Program-made: the position numbers and the translations under genes
Notes under the pieces: generated by a model
Database searches by the model: none
Seen by the model: only the letters and a program-made list of their open reading frames with translations
Told to the model about the DNA's origin: nothing
Shown: positions 36,770 through 62,625 of the stretch, piece by piece
Layout: the number at the start of each line of letters is the position of its first letter
How positions within the stretch are numbered: the stretch's first letter is position 1
Source of the DNA: the human T2T-CHM13v2.0 reference genome, Homo sapiens
DNA: 64,000 nucleotides
Strand: one strand, 5' to 3'
Assembly: GCF_009914755.1 (NCBI RefSeq)
Contig: NC_060939.1

Positions 36770-37730
36770 TGGGCTCCAACAACGCGGGAGCCGCCCTGCC
36801 CCGCCCTGTCGCGGTCCCTAGAGCAGGTGGGCTGACTGAGGGCGACCATGGGTCCCAAGAGGGCTCCCGCAGCCGCGGGCTCCCACCTCGAGGCGCAGCG
36901 ACAGGGGCCGAGAGGGGCCAGCAGCCCCCAAGCCAGCCCCGCGCTAGGAGTTGGAGAGACGCGCCCTCCGCCTTCTCCCACCCAAGCCTCTGCCTTGCCG
37001 GGCGGGCCAGTTGCGGGAGAAAGGGGCGGGGAACCGCGGCCTCTCTGGGGCAGCTTCCCCTTTCTCCTGGGACTCTGGGCACCCGCTTTCCGCCCTCGCC
37101 CTGCCCCGCCAGGCCGCCACCCGGCGACTCACCTTAATGTTGCGGTGGGGCGTGAGCCGCGGCTGTGGCTCCTGGTTCTCCTGGAAGATAGAGGCCAGTA
37201 ACTTCGGTTTGGCCTTGAACCCTGACATGGTCATCTTCCCCTCACCTCCGGCGGGAGGGGCGCGGAAAAGGAGCCTGTCCCGAGCCGCTGTCATGGCCGC
37301 GACCACCAGGCGGGGCCCCCGGCCGAGCTCTCGCGGCTCCACCTCTCCCCGCCGCCGTGACCCTCGTGGGAGCGCGGCTGGAAAATGGCAAGGGGCACCG
37401 AGGACTTGGCGGGAGCTATGTGGCGGCCTGCGGGGCTGCTCCCTTTATAACCGACTCCACCGACAGGAGGCGCGGCTCCCGTCAAGCCGCAGTTTAAAAG
37501 GGCAACAGCACCACTGCCCCCGCTACCGCCTGGGAAAGGGCTGCCCCTACCCCGCCCCGGTCCTCGTCGCCCCTCACCTCTTACCCCTCACCCCTCACCC
37601 CTCAACCCGGCGCGCCCCGCGCGCACCCGGCGTGCCCGCGCTACCGGCTGCCCCCTCCTCTCTTGACCCAGCACCTTTCTGCCCGACCGATCTGGTCCCT
37701 TCCTCACACTCGCGACTGGGCGGCACAACC
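36770..37730 (-). promoter_or_regulatory. CpG island / promoter of the FAM7A-ULK4P transcript
   Basis: Very GC- and CpG-rich, several GGGGCGG boxes, spans the first exon. Confidence 0.85.
37133..37234 (-). pseudogene. UBE2Q2-derived exon 1 coding remnant (within FAM7A exon D)
   Basis: MTMSGFKAKPKLLASIFQENQE-PQPRLTPHRNIK|gtgagt versus recalled UBE2Q2 [22 protein letters not shown]...LPPPLTLHCNIT. Confidence 0.8.
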
Positions 37731-37734
37731 ACCA

Positions 37735-37738
<4 letters not shown>

Positions 37739-37805
<67 letters not shown>
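37739..37805. repeat. (TG)33 microsatellite
   Basis: Perfect TG run. Confidence 0.97.
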
Positions 37806-37809
<4 letters not shown>

Positions 37810-37817
37810 GTCCCAAG

Positions 37818-38552
<735 letters not shown>

Positions 38553-39384
38553 AGTTGGGGTGCAGTGTCCCAGGTTCACTCAACCCTTCCCGTTTTCCTC
38601 TGTGTGTGTGTCTACTTTGCCGTGTTCCCTGGTGGCGGCGGCGGTGGCAGTGTTGGTGCATGGGCCTCCCAGGACAAGGGGAAAGTGAGTATGCCCCTTT
38701 CTTGCCCCCTGCCAGGCGTCTGCAGCCTGGCACAAGCTCTGGCCAGGTCTCCAACAGGGGACCTGGAGATGTTTTTTTCCAATTTCTGGATTGGTAACTT
38801 GAGGCAGATTCTGGGCACTAGAGTCAGAACTAAGAGGAGACTGAATCAGGGGAGTCTGGGGTCCTGAGAGGCAGATACCTGAAACCGTCTAGAGCGTGTG
38901 GGGAGCTCGGTGCATGTTCACGCCAGTTGTTTTTCTCTGTGCCTCAATGTTCCAGGTACCCTTGGAGGTGCTGAGATCCTAGGGATTCCTGGAGCCTGGC
39001 TGCATGGCCTGGCCACCCTGATGCCACTGTGTTCTCCATGACAGGACAGCAAGGCTGAGGAGAATGGCTCCGACAGCTTCATGCACTCCATGGACCCATA
39101 GCTGGAGCGGCAAATGGAAACCACCCAGAACCTTGTGGACTCCTACATGGCCATTGTCAACAAGACCGTGTGGGACCTCATGGTTGGTGTCATGCCCAAG
39201 ACCATCATGCACGTCATGATCAACAACGTGCATGCACCGCCTCATAGGGGCAGGGGGCTCCTGTAGCACTGGGGATGCAGGTGGCCATGTTGGCCTGGGG
39301 GAGATGCTGACCAGCCCTATGGGACCAAGGTCCAGGGAGGGAGGCACAGTCCAGACCAGAGCTGTCTCATAGAAATATAACGTG

Positions 39385-39680
39385 GGACTGGGGACAGTGG
39401 CCCATGTCTGTAATCCCAGCACTTTGGGAGGCCAAGGCAAGAGGATAGCTTGAGCCCAGGAGTTCGAGACCAGCTTGGGCAACATAGTGAGACCTGATCT
39501 CTACACTAAAATTTTAAAAATAGCTGGGCTTGGTGGTGGCACGTACCTATAGTCCTAGCTACTCGACAGGCTGACATTGGAGGATCACTTTGAGCCCAAG
39601 AAGTTGAGGCTACAGTGAGTGGTGATCTCGCCCACTGTCCTCCAGCCTAGCGACAGAGCAAGATCCTATCTCCAAAAAAC
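39385..39680 (+). mobile_element. AluJ in DNM1 pseudogene intron
   Basis: TTGAGCCCAGGAG J-type features. Confidence 0.85.
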
Positions 39681-41493
39681 ATTTTTAAGAAACTGAGTAG
39701 ACCGGTGTCCTGGTGGCATGATAGGTCCTGGGTCCCCTCCCAGATGTGTGACCTTGGACAGGTGACTTTTCCTTTGGACCTCAGTGTCCCTATCTGAGTG
39801 AGAAAAGGGTGGTGGGGAGGCAGATCTTTGAGTCTAAGCGGTGTAGAAGCCGCGTCTGAAAAGCCATACTCAGGGCTCCAAGTCCAGCACACAGTCCCAG
39901 CAGGGCCCGGCAGGAGGCCAGGGCAGCAAAGGCATCAGGTCCCAACCTCCTTCCCTCTTTGCCCGCTCTCAGACCAAGGAGTTCATCTTCTCGGAGCTGC
40001 TGTCCAACCTGTACTCACGTGGGGACCAGAAAACGCTGATGGAAGAGTCGGCAGAGCAGGCACAGTGGCGCGACGAGATGCTGCGCATGTACCACGTGCT
40101 GAAGGAGGCACTCGGCATCATCGGCAACATCAACACGACCACCATCAGCACGCACATGGGGGCCCGTGGACAACTCCTGCCTGCAGGTGCAGAGCGTCCT
40201 TGCCGGATGCAGGTACCAAGGCTGGCTCCCACGGCCCCAAAGCCCCCCAGCCCCCATGGCTGAGCCTGGGGACTCTTGGAACAGGCTCCGTGCCCACGCT
40301 GGTAGACATGGGTGCTCCCTGGAGCCGTCACAGAGCTCATGGTTTATGGTGTAAGGGCTGAGAGCTTAGAGGGGGTGGTGTGTGGGGCTGTACTCTGAGG
40401 CGGCCAGAGTCCTAGGATAGTCCTCCTGTGCACACCGCACCTGTTGGGCAGTCTGAGTCATGCTGCCAGGGCAGGGCATCCAGCTCCCAGCCTGGGAGTG
40501 CTGAGAGCCAAATCCACTGCAGAGCAGGGGTGATAGTCAGAGTCCCACCTCCTCTATCTGTCGGCAATGCAGTGGTGAGATAGGATAAAACCTTGAGAGT
40601 CCCATACACACGGTCAACCCACAACACACCTCACAGGCCAGGCAGGAAACACAGGCCCCTTCCCTCCCTCCCAGGTACCATCATAGCTGCTAGCGTGTGA
40701 CTGAAGGCAGGGTCCCTGGCCCCCGCTGAAGCACTATTGCTGGCCAGCAGGCTCACGCACCTTGGAGTGTTGCTCCTAGAGGTCACCTCTGCTATTCAGC
40801 CAAGGGGACCACAGTGCCTGCTGGCCCAGCTGACCTCCGCCCCACAAGCCCACCCACCTCCCCTGCCATAGACTCTCCCTCTTCTGCTTTTCCCAGCAGG
40901 AAGGGCCCAGCCTCACCTATCCGACCTGCAACCCCCAACAAGCTGAGGCTCCCCTCTTAGACTTATAAGTCTATAGCCAGTGGCATCCAGCTGCATGCCC
41001 TCCTTTCCTCCCCCAGGGACCCTTCAAGGGTTCCTGGGCATTCTGACCCCCCAGAGGGGGCTCCGGCGATCACTCCACCCATCCATCCCTTTTAGCTTCA
41101 TCATCCTGGTTCAAGCAGTGTTTCTTCTCTATCAGGCCTGGTGGCTGTTGTTTTGGGCTCCCCAAGGCGAGAGGTGGCCCTGGACAAGTGGGTTGGAAGA
41201 CACGGTGACCAGAGAAGAGGGAAGCCCAAAGGGGCTGAGCATCAGTCTTAACAGTGGGTGCACTGGGTGCCGTGGAAGAGGCCAGCACGTGTGGGGTGGG
41301 GAGGGCTGCCACAGCCCCCAGGCACTACATGTGAAACTCCGGCTCCTCCCTCTGTCTTCCTCCCCTTTCCCTTCCAGCCCCTCTTTTCCAGGAACCTTGC
41401 CACACCCGCACGTGCACCCTTTACTCCTTGGCCCTCCCACAGCTGCTGTGGCACACCTGTGCTCTGCACTTGCCTCACCAGCTCTCTGCTCGC

Positions 41494-42207
41494 TTTTTTT
41501 TTTTTATTATTATACTTTAAGTTTTAGGGTACATGTGACAATGTGCAGGTTAGTTACATATGTATACATGTGCCATGCTGGTGCGCTGCACCCACTAAAT
41601 CGTCATCTAGCATTGGGTATATCTCCCAATGCTATCCCTCCCCCCTCCCCCCACCCCACAACAGTCCCCAGAGTGTGATGTTCCCCTTCCTGTGTCCATG
41701 TGCTCTCATTGTTCAATTCCCACCTATGAGTGAGAATATGCGGTGTTTGGTTTTTTGTTCTTGCGATAGTTAACTGAGAATGATGATTTCCAATTTCATC
41801 CATGTCCCTGCAAAGGACATGAACTCATCATTTTTTATGGCTGCATAGTATTCCATGGTGTATATGTGCCACATTTTCTTAATCCAGTCTATCATTGTTG
41901 GACATTTGGGTTGGTTCCAAGTCTTTGCTATTGTGAATAATGCCGCAATAAACATACGTGTGCATGTGTCTTTATAGCAGCATGATTTATAGTCCTTTGG
42001 GTACATACCCAGTAATGGGATGGCTGGGTCAAATGGTATTTCTAGTTCTAGATCCCTGAGGAATCGCCACACTGACTTCCACAATGGTTGAACTAGTTTA
42101 CAGTCCCACCAACAGTGTAAAAGTGTTCCTATTTCTCCACATCCTCTCCAGCACCTGTTGTTTCCTGACTTTTTAATGATTGCCATTCTAACTGGTGTGA
42201 GATGATA
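41494..42207 (-). mobile_element. 5'-truncated young L1 (L1PA2-like) 3' end
   Basis: Poly-T, L1 3' UTR, open ORF2 C-terminus (41770-42186), TSD TGCTCGCTTTT at 41487-41497 and 42208-42218; lacks the L1HS-Ta ACA diagnostic. Confidence 0.92.
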
Positions 42208-42546
42208 TGCTCGCTTTTCTCTCTCCTGTCTTCTCTCTGCTTTCTCTCCAACTGCCAGCCAATCGGCTCAGGCAAGTCCATCCCATCCTGAGAGCCCCAG
42301 GCCCCCCTTTGACCTCTAAACAGATTCCTCCTCTTCTCAGAGACTTCCCTTTCCAAGCCTGCCTGGGCGGCTGTTCTGTGACTTGGCAGTGGCTCCCCCA
42401 GCCCCAAAGCCAGCCCCCCTTCATCTGTGACTTAGTCTATTGTTGCGGTGAGCTGACACATCCAGGTGTGACCGTTGCTGAAAACTTGTGCCCCCCTCTG
42501 TGGTATGCCCCTGCCCTGTTCTAGAAATATCTACAAATACCCATAT

Positions 42547-42588
<42 letters not shown>

Positions 42589-44454
42589 CTACATGTGGCC
42601 GACCGCCTCGCCTCTAGCGCTGGGAATCAGTCACCGTGCTGTCCTTTTGGAGTCTTGTGGCCAAACAAGAGAAAGCTAACCCCTGACATTGCCCCTCCAA
42701 AGTGCGCTACCTTCAGTGAGCCTCCCTGTCACGCCCAGCCTATGGAGAGACACACCCCGCCATCCCTCCCGCCCCCCACCCCCCCACCAAGCATGGGAGT
42801 GCTGTGCAGGCAGCTGAGTGGCCTGACAGTCTCTACCAGTCCTGCTGTCCCTTGGCTGAGAATCAAACCCGCTTCTGGATGGCGGGGAAGTGTGTCCTCT
42901 GCTGGCTGTGTTCTCTGTGGAGCTCAGGGGAGGGGAAAGGCCAAGCCATTTCTAGGGTGCTGTTGGGAGCAGTGAAAAGGCCATGCCCTTTCCAAGGGAC
43001 ACTTTTCCTGGAAAGCCCCTGGAGCTTAGCTGGCTCTTATCCTGTGAAGCCGGCTCTGGCCACCAGGGGGCAGGGCCATGAACTCAGCCCAGAGGGAGCC
43101 TGCAGGGCAGCCGGCACTCTGGAGGCACAGACAGAACAGGCCACCAGGTGCAGACAGGAGAGGGAGACAAGGGGATAGAACGGAAGATGCCGGGGCTGGG
43201 TGGAAGTCAGTGCCCTTAGGTGCTGGTACCTGTCTTCCGGGCCACCGCTAGATCAGGCTTCTGAGCCTGTTGGCTGTCAGGGCCAGACTGCGCCCCATAG
43301 ACTACATGGCAGTCCCCTTGGAATCCCCCAGGCGCCACCAGGCAGCATACAGGTAACACGCCTGGAAGGTCCCCAACAGCCTAGCTGGACATGCTCAAGA
43401 CACTCTGGGACTCCTTGTTTGGTGGCACAAACTCCAGGACCCAGTGAGGGAAACGGAAACACACCAGGCCGAGCAGTATGGCTAAATCCATTTATTCCAA
43501 AATAAAAAGCAAAATAAACAGGAGTCGCATCACCAGGGAGCCATGACCCCATCCCCGCCTCCTTCCTCTGTCCTATGCTAGCAATAAATAAGTTTCCCAG
43601 CCACAAATAATTATTACAACCTCCTCCCCATGTGCCGGCTCCAACCTCAGCTAGGTATGACACAGGGGTGGCCCTACCCTCTGGAATATACAAAACCTTA
43701 CACAGACACAATGTGTACACCGGGGAACGGGGGCCACCCCAGCAGCCCGTGCCCTCGCCTGGTCCACAGTTAGCCCCACTGTCCTGCCTCTCTGAATAAG
43801 AAGGTGGGAGCCCCCCTGAGGGAAAAGTTGCTATGGTGAGAGTAAGGGGGGCATCAGGCCTCCTCCAAACAAACCAACTCCACCAGCCTCTGGCTCTTAA
43901 ATAACAATCATCATCATCCAGAAATGTAGGGACTCAGCCCTGGTCAGGGTGGCAAAGGGTCTGTTTGTCTTTCCCCATTAGACAGAGGTCTTGTCCTGCT
44001 ACCCTCATTGTAAAGGGCTGCCTGGGAAGGGGTGGTAGGGACATGGTGGCGGTGGAGACCCCGGCCCCACTTCTCCAGGCTTTGCTGACAGGGGCCTGCT
44101 TTTAATTTTTATTTTTATTCCATGACTTTTTAAAAAAGAATCCCGTAACTTCTTTTTCATAACTTTTTTGGTAACTTTTCATAATACTGTTTTCTACTTT
44201 GTTCCCACAAGTTTTTTTGCCACAACGTTTTTACATTTTTTATCCCATAACTTTTTCACCCCATAACTTTTTTAATCCCATAACTTTTAAAATCTTGTGT
44301 TCTTTTAAGAAACACTTGCATAGTTATATCACAACTTTGTAAAAATGAAACACATTATCTCATGCCAAGCATGCCCAGCATTTGCACAGTATCAATACCT
44401 TTAATACTATAGTTTTCAAGAAACGCAAAATAAAATTTTAAGACAAAAACAACA

Positions 44455-47400
44455 CATTGAAACAACTTAATAATTTATTACATTACAGTGGCATCACACC
44501 AGCAGTCAATAAGGCCACTCTAGGGAAAAATCTTTCAGTATTTCCACGACACATTCTCTTTACAATAATTCATAAACTGGTAAAATTCATTCTAAGAAAA
44601 CTTGGCAAATAAAACTTTGGACTGGAATTGGCATTTCTTTCTCTGCTTTTCGTTCCCACCATTTCTTTCTTTTATACTACAGTATTCATATTTTAAAATG
44701 TTTTAAATTATTTCAGAACATTAAGATAGCAGTTACATTTTTTAATAGTTATATTATTTTAAAATAACTCTTTAAAATAAAGTTTTAGAGAAACTATATT
44801 ATGGATAGGGCTGATTTACATTTTCAAATTTTCTAAAATCAGCTTTGGTTTTAGAGCTGATTTTTTTTTTCATTTCTGGAAAATTATCAGGTTGAATCAA
44901 ATACTTTTAAAATGATTATTATACATTGCCATCTTTAAATAGGTATTTTGATTCTTCCTACAGAAATCAAAATGTATTCAGTGGAACTCACAGTTTAAAA
45001 TTCTATGTTTCTGATGAACTCTAACATTCCAATGTTGCCTTCTAAGCAAACTGAAAGCTGCCTTATACTGAATGAGGAAGAGCACAAATACTCGGCTGAA
45101 TGAGGTATCGCAAAAGACTGCATGCACTTTGGAGAAAGACTTGAGTTATTGTCATACAATTTCCATTCTTTTTAGCTTTTTCTTAAATATATGACAAATA
45201 CCTACACAAAGAGTGGTATTTCAGTCAATATAGTAAATTTATTTTCCAGACTGACCTTCAGCTTAAATATGCCAGTGTGTGATTTAATCCATAGGCACCT
45301 CATGAACACATTATTGTCAGATTGGTTACAGATGCTAAACGCTATCCGAAGGTCATTCCTAGTCACTGATATTTATCAGGGTAAAAGTGAAGTGATTTCA
45401 ACGATAAAAGTACCTTTGCAATAATTTATCAATGTATTAGATAAACCCAGTTTCAGAATGATAAAAGAAAAAACGTTAGACCAAATAATGTGGCTGATTA
45501 ACAGTGGTCCGATTTCTAGCCCGAGGGTTTAAAATGCTCTTAAAGTAACTGTCTTTAAACTGAACTCAAAGAATGCAAAAGCGGCAAGTTCAGAAAATAA
45601 AAGGCGAGAACAGGACTTTAAGTGCATTTTAAACCCACGGGCTACAAATCGTACCACTGTTAATTAGCCGCATTATTTGGTCTAAGATTTTTTCTTTATC
45701 ATTCTGAAACTGGGTTTATCTAATACATTGATACATTCATAAAATTTGGAAGAGTCAGTGGAAGTCACAAGGACCGAATATTTGCACTCTTTCAGTGAAT
45801 GCCAGCAAATCTGTTATTCCATCGGTAAAATCGTATTGTTGCTCTCCTGTTAATGTCATATTTATAGAAGTATCATGAGGATGCCAAATGCTAAAAATGG
45901 AGATGATCTAGTAACTAGAAATCCCCACCGCAGGGAGCACACACACCTATCTCCCTGCATCCTAACAATGTGATGTGTTTTGGAACACAGACATTAGAAC
46001 TTCATGAAGTTTGAACTGTTGAGTCTTTCCCAAGCATCATCAAGTTACGATTTAGGCAATACATAACTGAAATGCATTCATTCATCATGCATAGGCACAA
46101 TCACATAAATATTGCACAAAATATGTCCCGAACAGAAACCCAGAGGTACAAAAACATATTTCACTTTGTAAAGAAGTTTGTGAGAAAATATAACTCTGTG
46201 GTTGTATAGACACGTTTCCTGATAATACATTGACATTCACGAACAACAGTAGATTGCACTGCAGTTTGTACACATTTTAAGTTTCATAAACTTCTCCTTG
46301 ATTTTCAAAGATAGTATAATACCATCTACTAAAACTCCTTTTTGTTTCAACTATCTCACATATATTAGTTTATAAGAATGTTTCTATTTTTTTAAAGTGT
46401 TTTCCATTCAAAGAAAAAGAAGTAAATTCCTATGTCAGAGTAACCAAGGTGGTTGAAGAATAGGTATTAGCCAAAGAGGTCTAGATGGTAAAATCAATCT
46501 TCAAGCCTCAAAGAATCTCCGTGAACAGAGAGGAATGCCAGGAGTCACACAGCTTTCCTTCACTCTAATTCATTCTTGACTAGAGCCTGTATGCCTGTTC
46601 CAGGGACATTTGAACTCGTAAAGGATTTCTTATGATCTTCACTAAATACATTAAGAAGAATGCCAACCAGTGCCCTTTTGTGTACTGGGGCATGTAGTCA
46701 TGTGATTAAAACAGGTAACATGAACTCTGACTTTAAAATGTATTGTAGATACAAATGCTCTAAGCTAGGAAAGGTTTTCCACATCCACAGTCAACGATGG
46801 GAACCTTTCATTCCTCAGAAATAAGCCCTTTTTAGGTCATCGAAAAAGAGTGCAACTGCTGCAGCTCATGATGCAATATCTTCATGAGCCCAGAGCACAT
46901 ACAAATCCTAAGGGCACCACCATAATACACCGCTAATTCCTGGCACCGGAAGAGATGAAACACACTCTATCTTGCACATACCTGCCAGAGGAGGCCACTT
47001 TCCTCTTCTGTGAGATTTAAAAAGCTCCCCCAAAAGGTTATCACTCCCATCACCAATACACAGAAAATGGAGGAAAGGCTGTTTCCAATTCTTGGCCTTT
47101 AAACAACTCTAAATGTCAGTACTCATAGTGGCGTATTACAAAGTAATAAACAGTGCACACTTGGGGGCAAACTACATATTGAGCTAAGGAAGAGCTCACT
47201 GTGATTAAGATTAGATCAAACAACAGCAGAACATAGGCAAATTTTGTCTGAATGCTGTAGTGAATATACATGCTGCAATAACATTAAAAAAGCATGGCAG
47301 CCTATTCCAAACCAAAGAGAACAGTTTTGGGCAAAGAGTGGGTCTTTGTGTGTTTGAACTCCCACCACGTAAGGGCAAACTCGATATGCACGCTAATGAC

Positions 47401-47643
47401 CTACAATTATGAAATTAAAAAAGAAAAATGCTAAAGGATGCCAGAGTGAACATCAGTGAGAGCCACAGACACCCACTCTCTTTTAACTTTTTACAAATAA
47501 ACTTAAACTATAAATTAGAAACACAAATAATCATGAGTGAGTCTAACATTCAAAGGAAGTAAATGAATTGTGTAGGAGATTAACCCCATAACTTGGTTTC
47601 TTATTTAAAAATTTCTTGAGCAGCTGTTTGATGATGGTGATGT
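44455..47643 (-). other. GOLGA8 copy 2 long AT-rich 3' UTR (chr15 core duplicon, reported ITSN2-UTR-related)
   Basis: AT-rich, repeat-poor block after the stop codon; ITSN2 origin is recalled from the literature, not verified here. Confidence 0.6.
44474..44479 (-). terminator. Candidate polyadenylation signal AATAAA for GOLGA8 copy 2
   Basis: TTTATT on plus, followed on the minus strand by GT/T-rich sequence. Confidence 0.5.
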
Positions 47644-59918
<12,275 letters not shown>

Positions 59919-59994
59919 AAGAAGTGGGAAATCTGGAGACCAATATGCAGAAGAAGGAAAAAGACAAAGACTCATCCTCCAAATTGGATATTTA

Positions 59995-60213
59995 AACCAG
60001 AATTTGTCATCCTCAGCAATATTGATATATTGGGCCAGATAATTCTTTGTGGAGGGTTCTCTTGGTGTGTTGTCGGGCATTTAGTAACATTCCCTCTACC
60101 CACAGAATGCCAATGAGACCTCCCGACCATGACCAGTTGTGACCACAAAAATGTCTCCAGATATTTCCAAACGTCCCATAGGAGGCAAAATACTCCTGCA
60201 GTTGAAAATTACT
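59995..60213 (+). mobile_element. MER20 (hAT-Charlie)
   Basis: TTGGGCCAGATAATTCTTTGT...AAAAATGTCTCCAGA...GTTGAAAATTACTG. Confidence 0.75.
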
Positions 60214-61114
60214 GTGTAAACCAGATCTACATCCTAGATCTTAGAAAAAAGATGTAAAGCTTCCCAACTCAGCCCTGCATACCCTTGATACTGAAATAAC
60301 AGCCTTAAAGGAAACAAACAAAACTATAATCTTATTTAATACAGAAGTAAAAATGCAAAAATAAAATATTACCATAGCCATTCTAACAGTGTTTATTATA
60401 GGAATGCAAAGATAATTCAAAATTAGGAAAATTTCATCAGGCAATTCACAAATTATATTTCTACATATAATTGAAGGCACAATCATGAAAAACAAAGTAG
60501 CTCTATATGCATTAAGTCCATGATCTATTCAGTGAAAAACACAAGTTGCACATGTCTTACAGAAGGAAAACTTAACACTGAACACAGATTCTCACCATCT
60601 GCTCTTTGTCCTGAGGCTCCAATAGAAATACAGTGAAGAATAAACATTGTATAAGCACACCATTACAAAAAAGGAATGGGGTTACCAACAGAAGAGAATT
60701 CATCTTCATTAGACAATGACAGTACATGGAAAATGGTTAATTCATGGAGCAAAGCAACAAAGGTGGAGGTCAGGGGGATACTGAGAACAAGGAGGCTAAT
60801 CTGTCCCACAGCAACCTGGAAAGGTTCTAGACTCAGACACGAGGTACCCCCGACAGTGGGACTGATAGGCAAGACTGAAAACAGAGATTAAGCAAAAGCC
60901 CGGATAGAGAACACATTTCACAGGCCCTGAAACACACTGCTAGCCCCATCTCCTTAAACAGAACCCAAGCAAACGTATCCACCTCAGGCAAGAGAATGTA
61001 GATTTTACATCCAGAGGAATGGAGTAGTCATCCAGCCATCATTTATGATTGCAACAGGAGACAAGATAGAGGGATGGAGGATAACAATTAGGAATCAGCA
61101 TACATTCCCCTTAA

Positions 61115-61858
<744 letters not shown>

Positions 61859-62089
61859 GACTACAAATGATAAGCAACATAGAATAGATATTTAAGGAAA
61901 GGCTTTAAAAAGAAAAATAAGACCAAAATAAACTAAGAAAAAGATTATTAAAGAACAAGGAGATGCCAGGGAGAAGACAAAGAGTATCAAAATCACTTCA
62001 TAAAGACACTTGTGAATATATTACATGTATAAAACAAAACAATATGAATAAGAAATAATCAGAGAAGAAAAAGTTCTTAGAACTCATGC

Positions 62090-62625
62090 TCCATCTTGGG
62101 AGTTGGTCTCCAATGAGCCATACCTCCTGTCATCATGTCCTCAGACAGGCCCATCCCATAGTCAATCTGGGTTGGCCCCAACACTCACTTTAACCTATAG
62201 CATGTGGTAGAAATGACACTGGACCTGTTCCAGGTCTAAGCCTTAAGAACTCCTGGCAGCTCCATTTCTGTGCTTCTGGAAGCCAAAAATAAGAATTGGC
62301 TACCTTCTTGGAGAAAGGAAAGCCACATGAAGAGATCCGAGAGGATGAGATGCTATGCAGAGAGAAAGGCCACATCAAGAATTACCAAGGCAGCAGACCT
62401 GTGGGTAAAGAAGCCGTCTCAGACATTCCACTGCAGCTGAGCATCCAGATGACCAGTCCCTGACACTGTTTAACCACACAGTGAGAGCTGCCAAATGAGA
62501 CCAGCAGAAAAACTGTCCAGCTAGCCCCAGGTAATCCATACAGTCGTGACAGATAGACAGATGTGTAGTTTTAGGCCATTAAGTTTTGGGATAATTGGTT
62601 AAGCAACAATAAATAACCAAAACAA
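62090..62625 (+). mobile_element. MLT1-family (ERVL-MaLR) LTR
   Basis: 3' end TTTTAGGCCATTAAGTTTTGGGATAATTGGTTAAGCAACAATAAATAACCAAAACA. Confidence 0.7.

Larger units (their letters stand above)
38673..42319 (+). pseudogene. Dynamin-1 (DNM1) 3' partial unprocessed pseudogene
   Basis: Microexon 38673-38684 (DKGK); exon 39045-39227 (EENGSDSFMHSMDP*LERQMET...MINN, TAG at 39099); exon 39973-40212 ([15 protein letters not shown]...GED region, frameshift near end); last exon 42259-42319 (QASPSHPESPRPPFDL*). Convergent with the golgin, as DNM1 and GOLGA2 are on 9q34. Confidence 0.92.

Noticed and set aside
40039-40263. Functional dynamin GED micro-protein
   Set aside because: Upstream exon has a TAG, this exon frameshifts, and there is no evidence of translation.
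41770-42186. 138-aa ORF
   Set aside because: C-terminus of L1 ORF2 in a truncated element.
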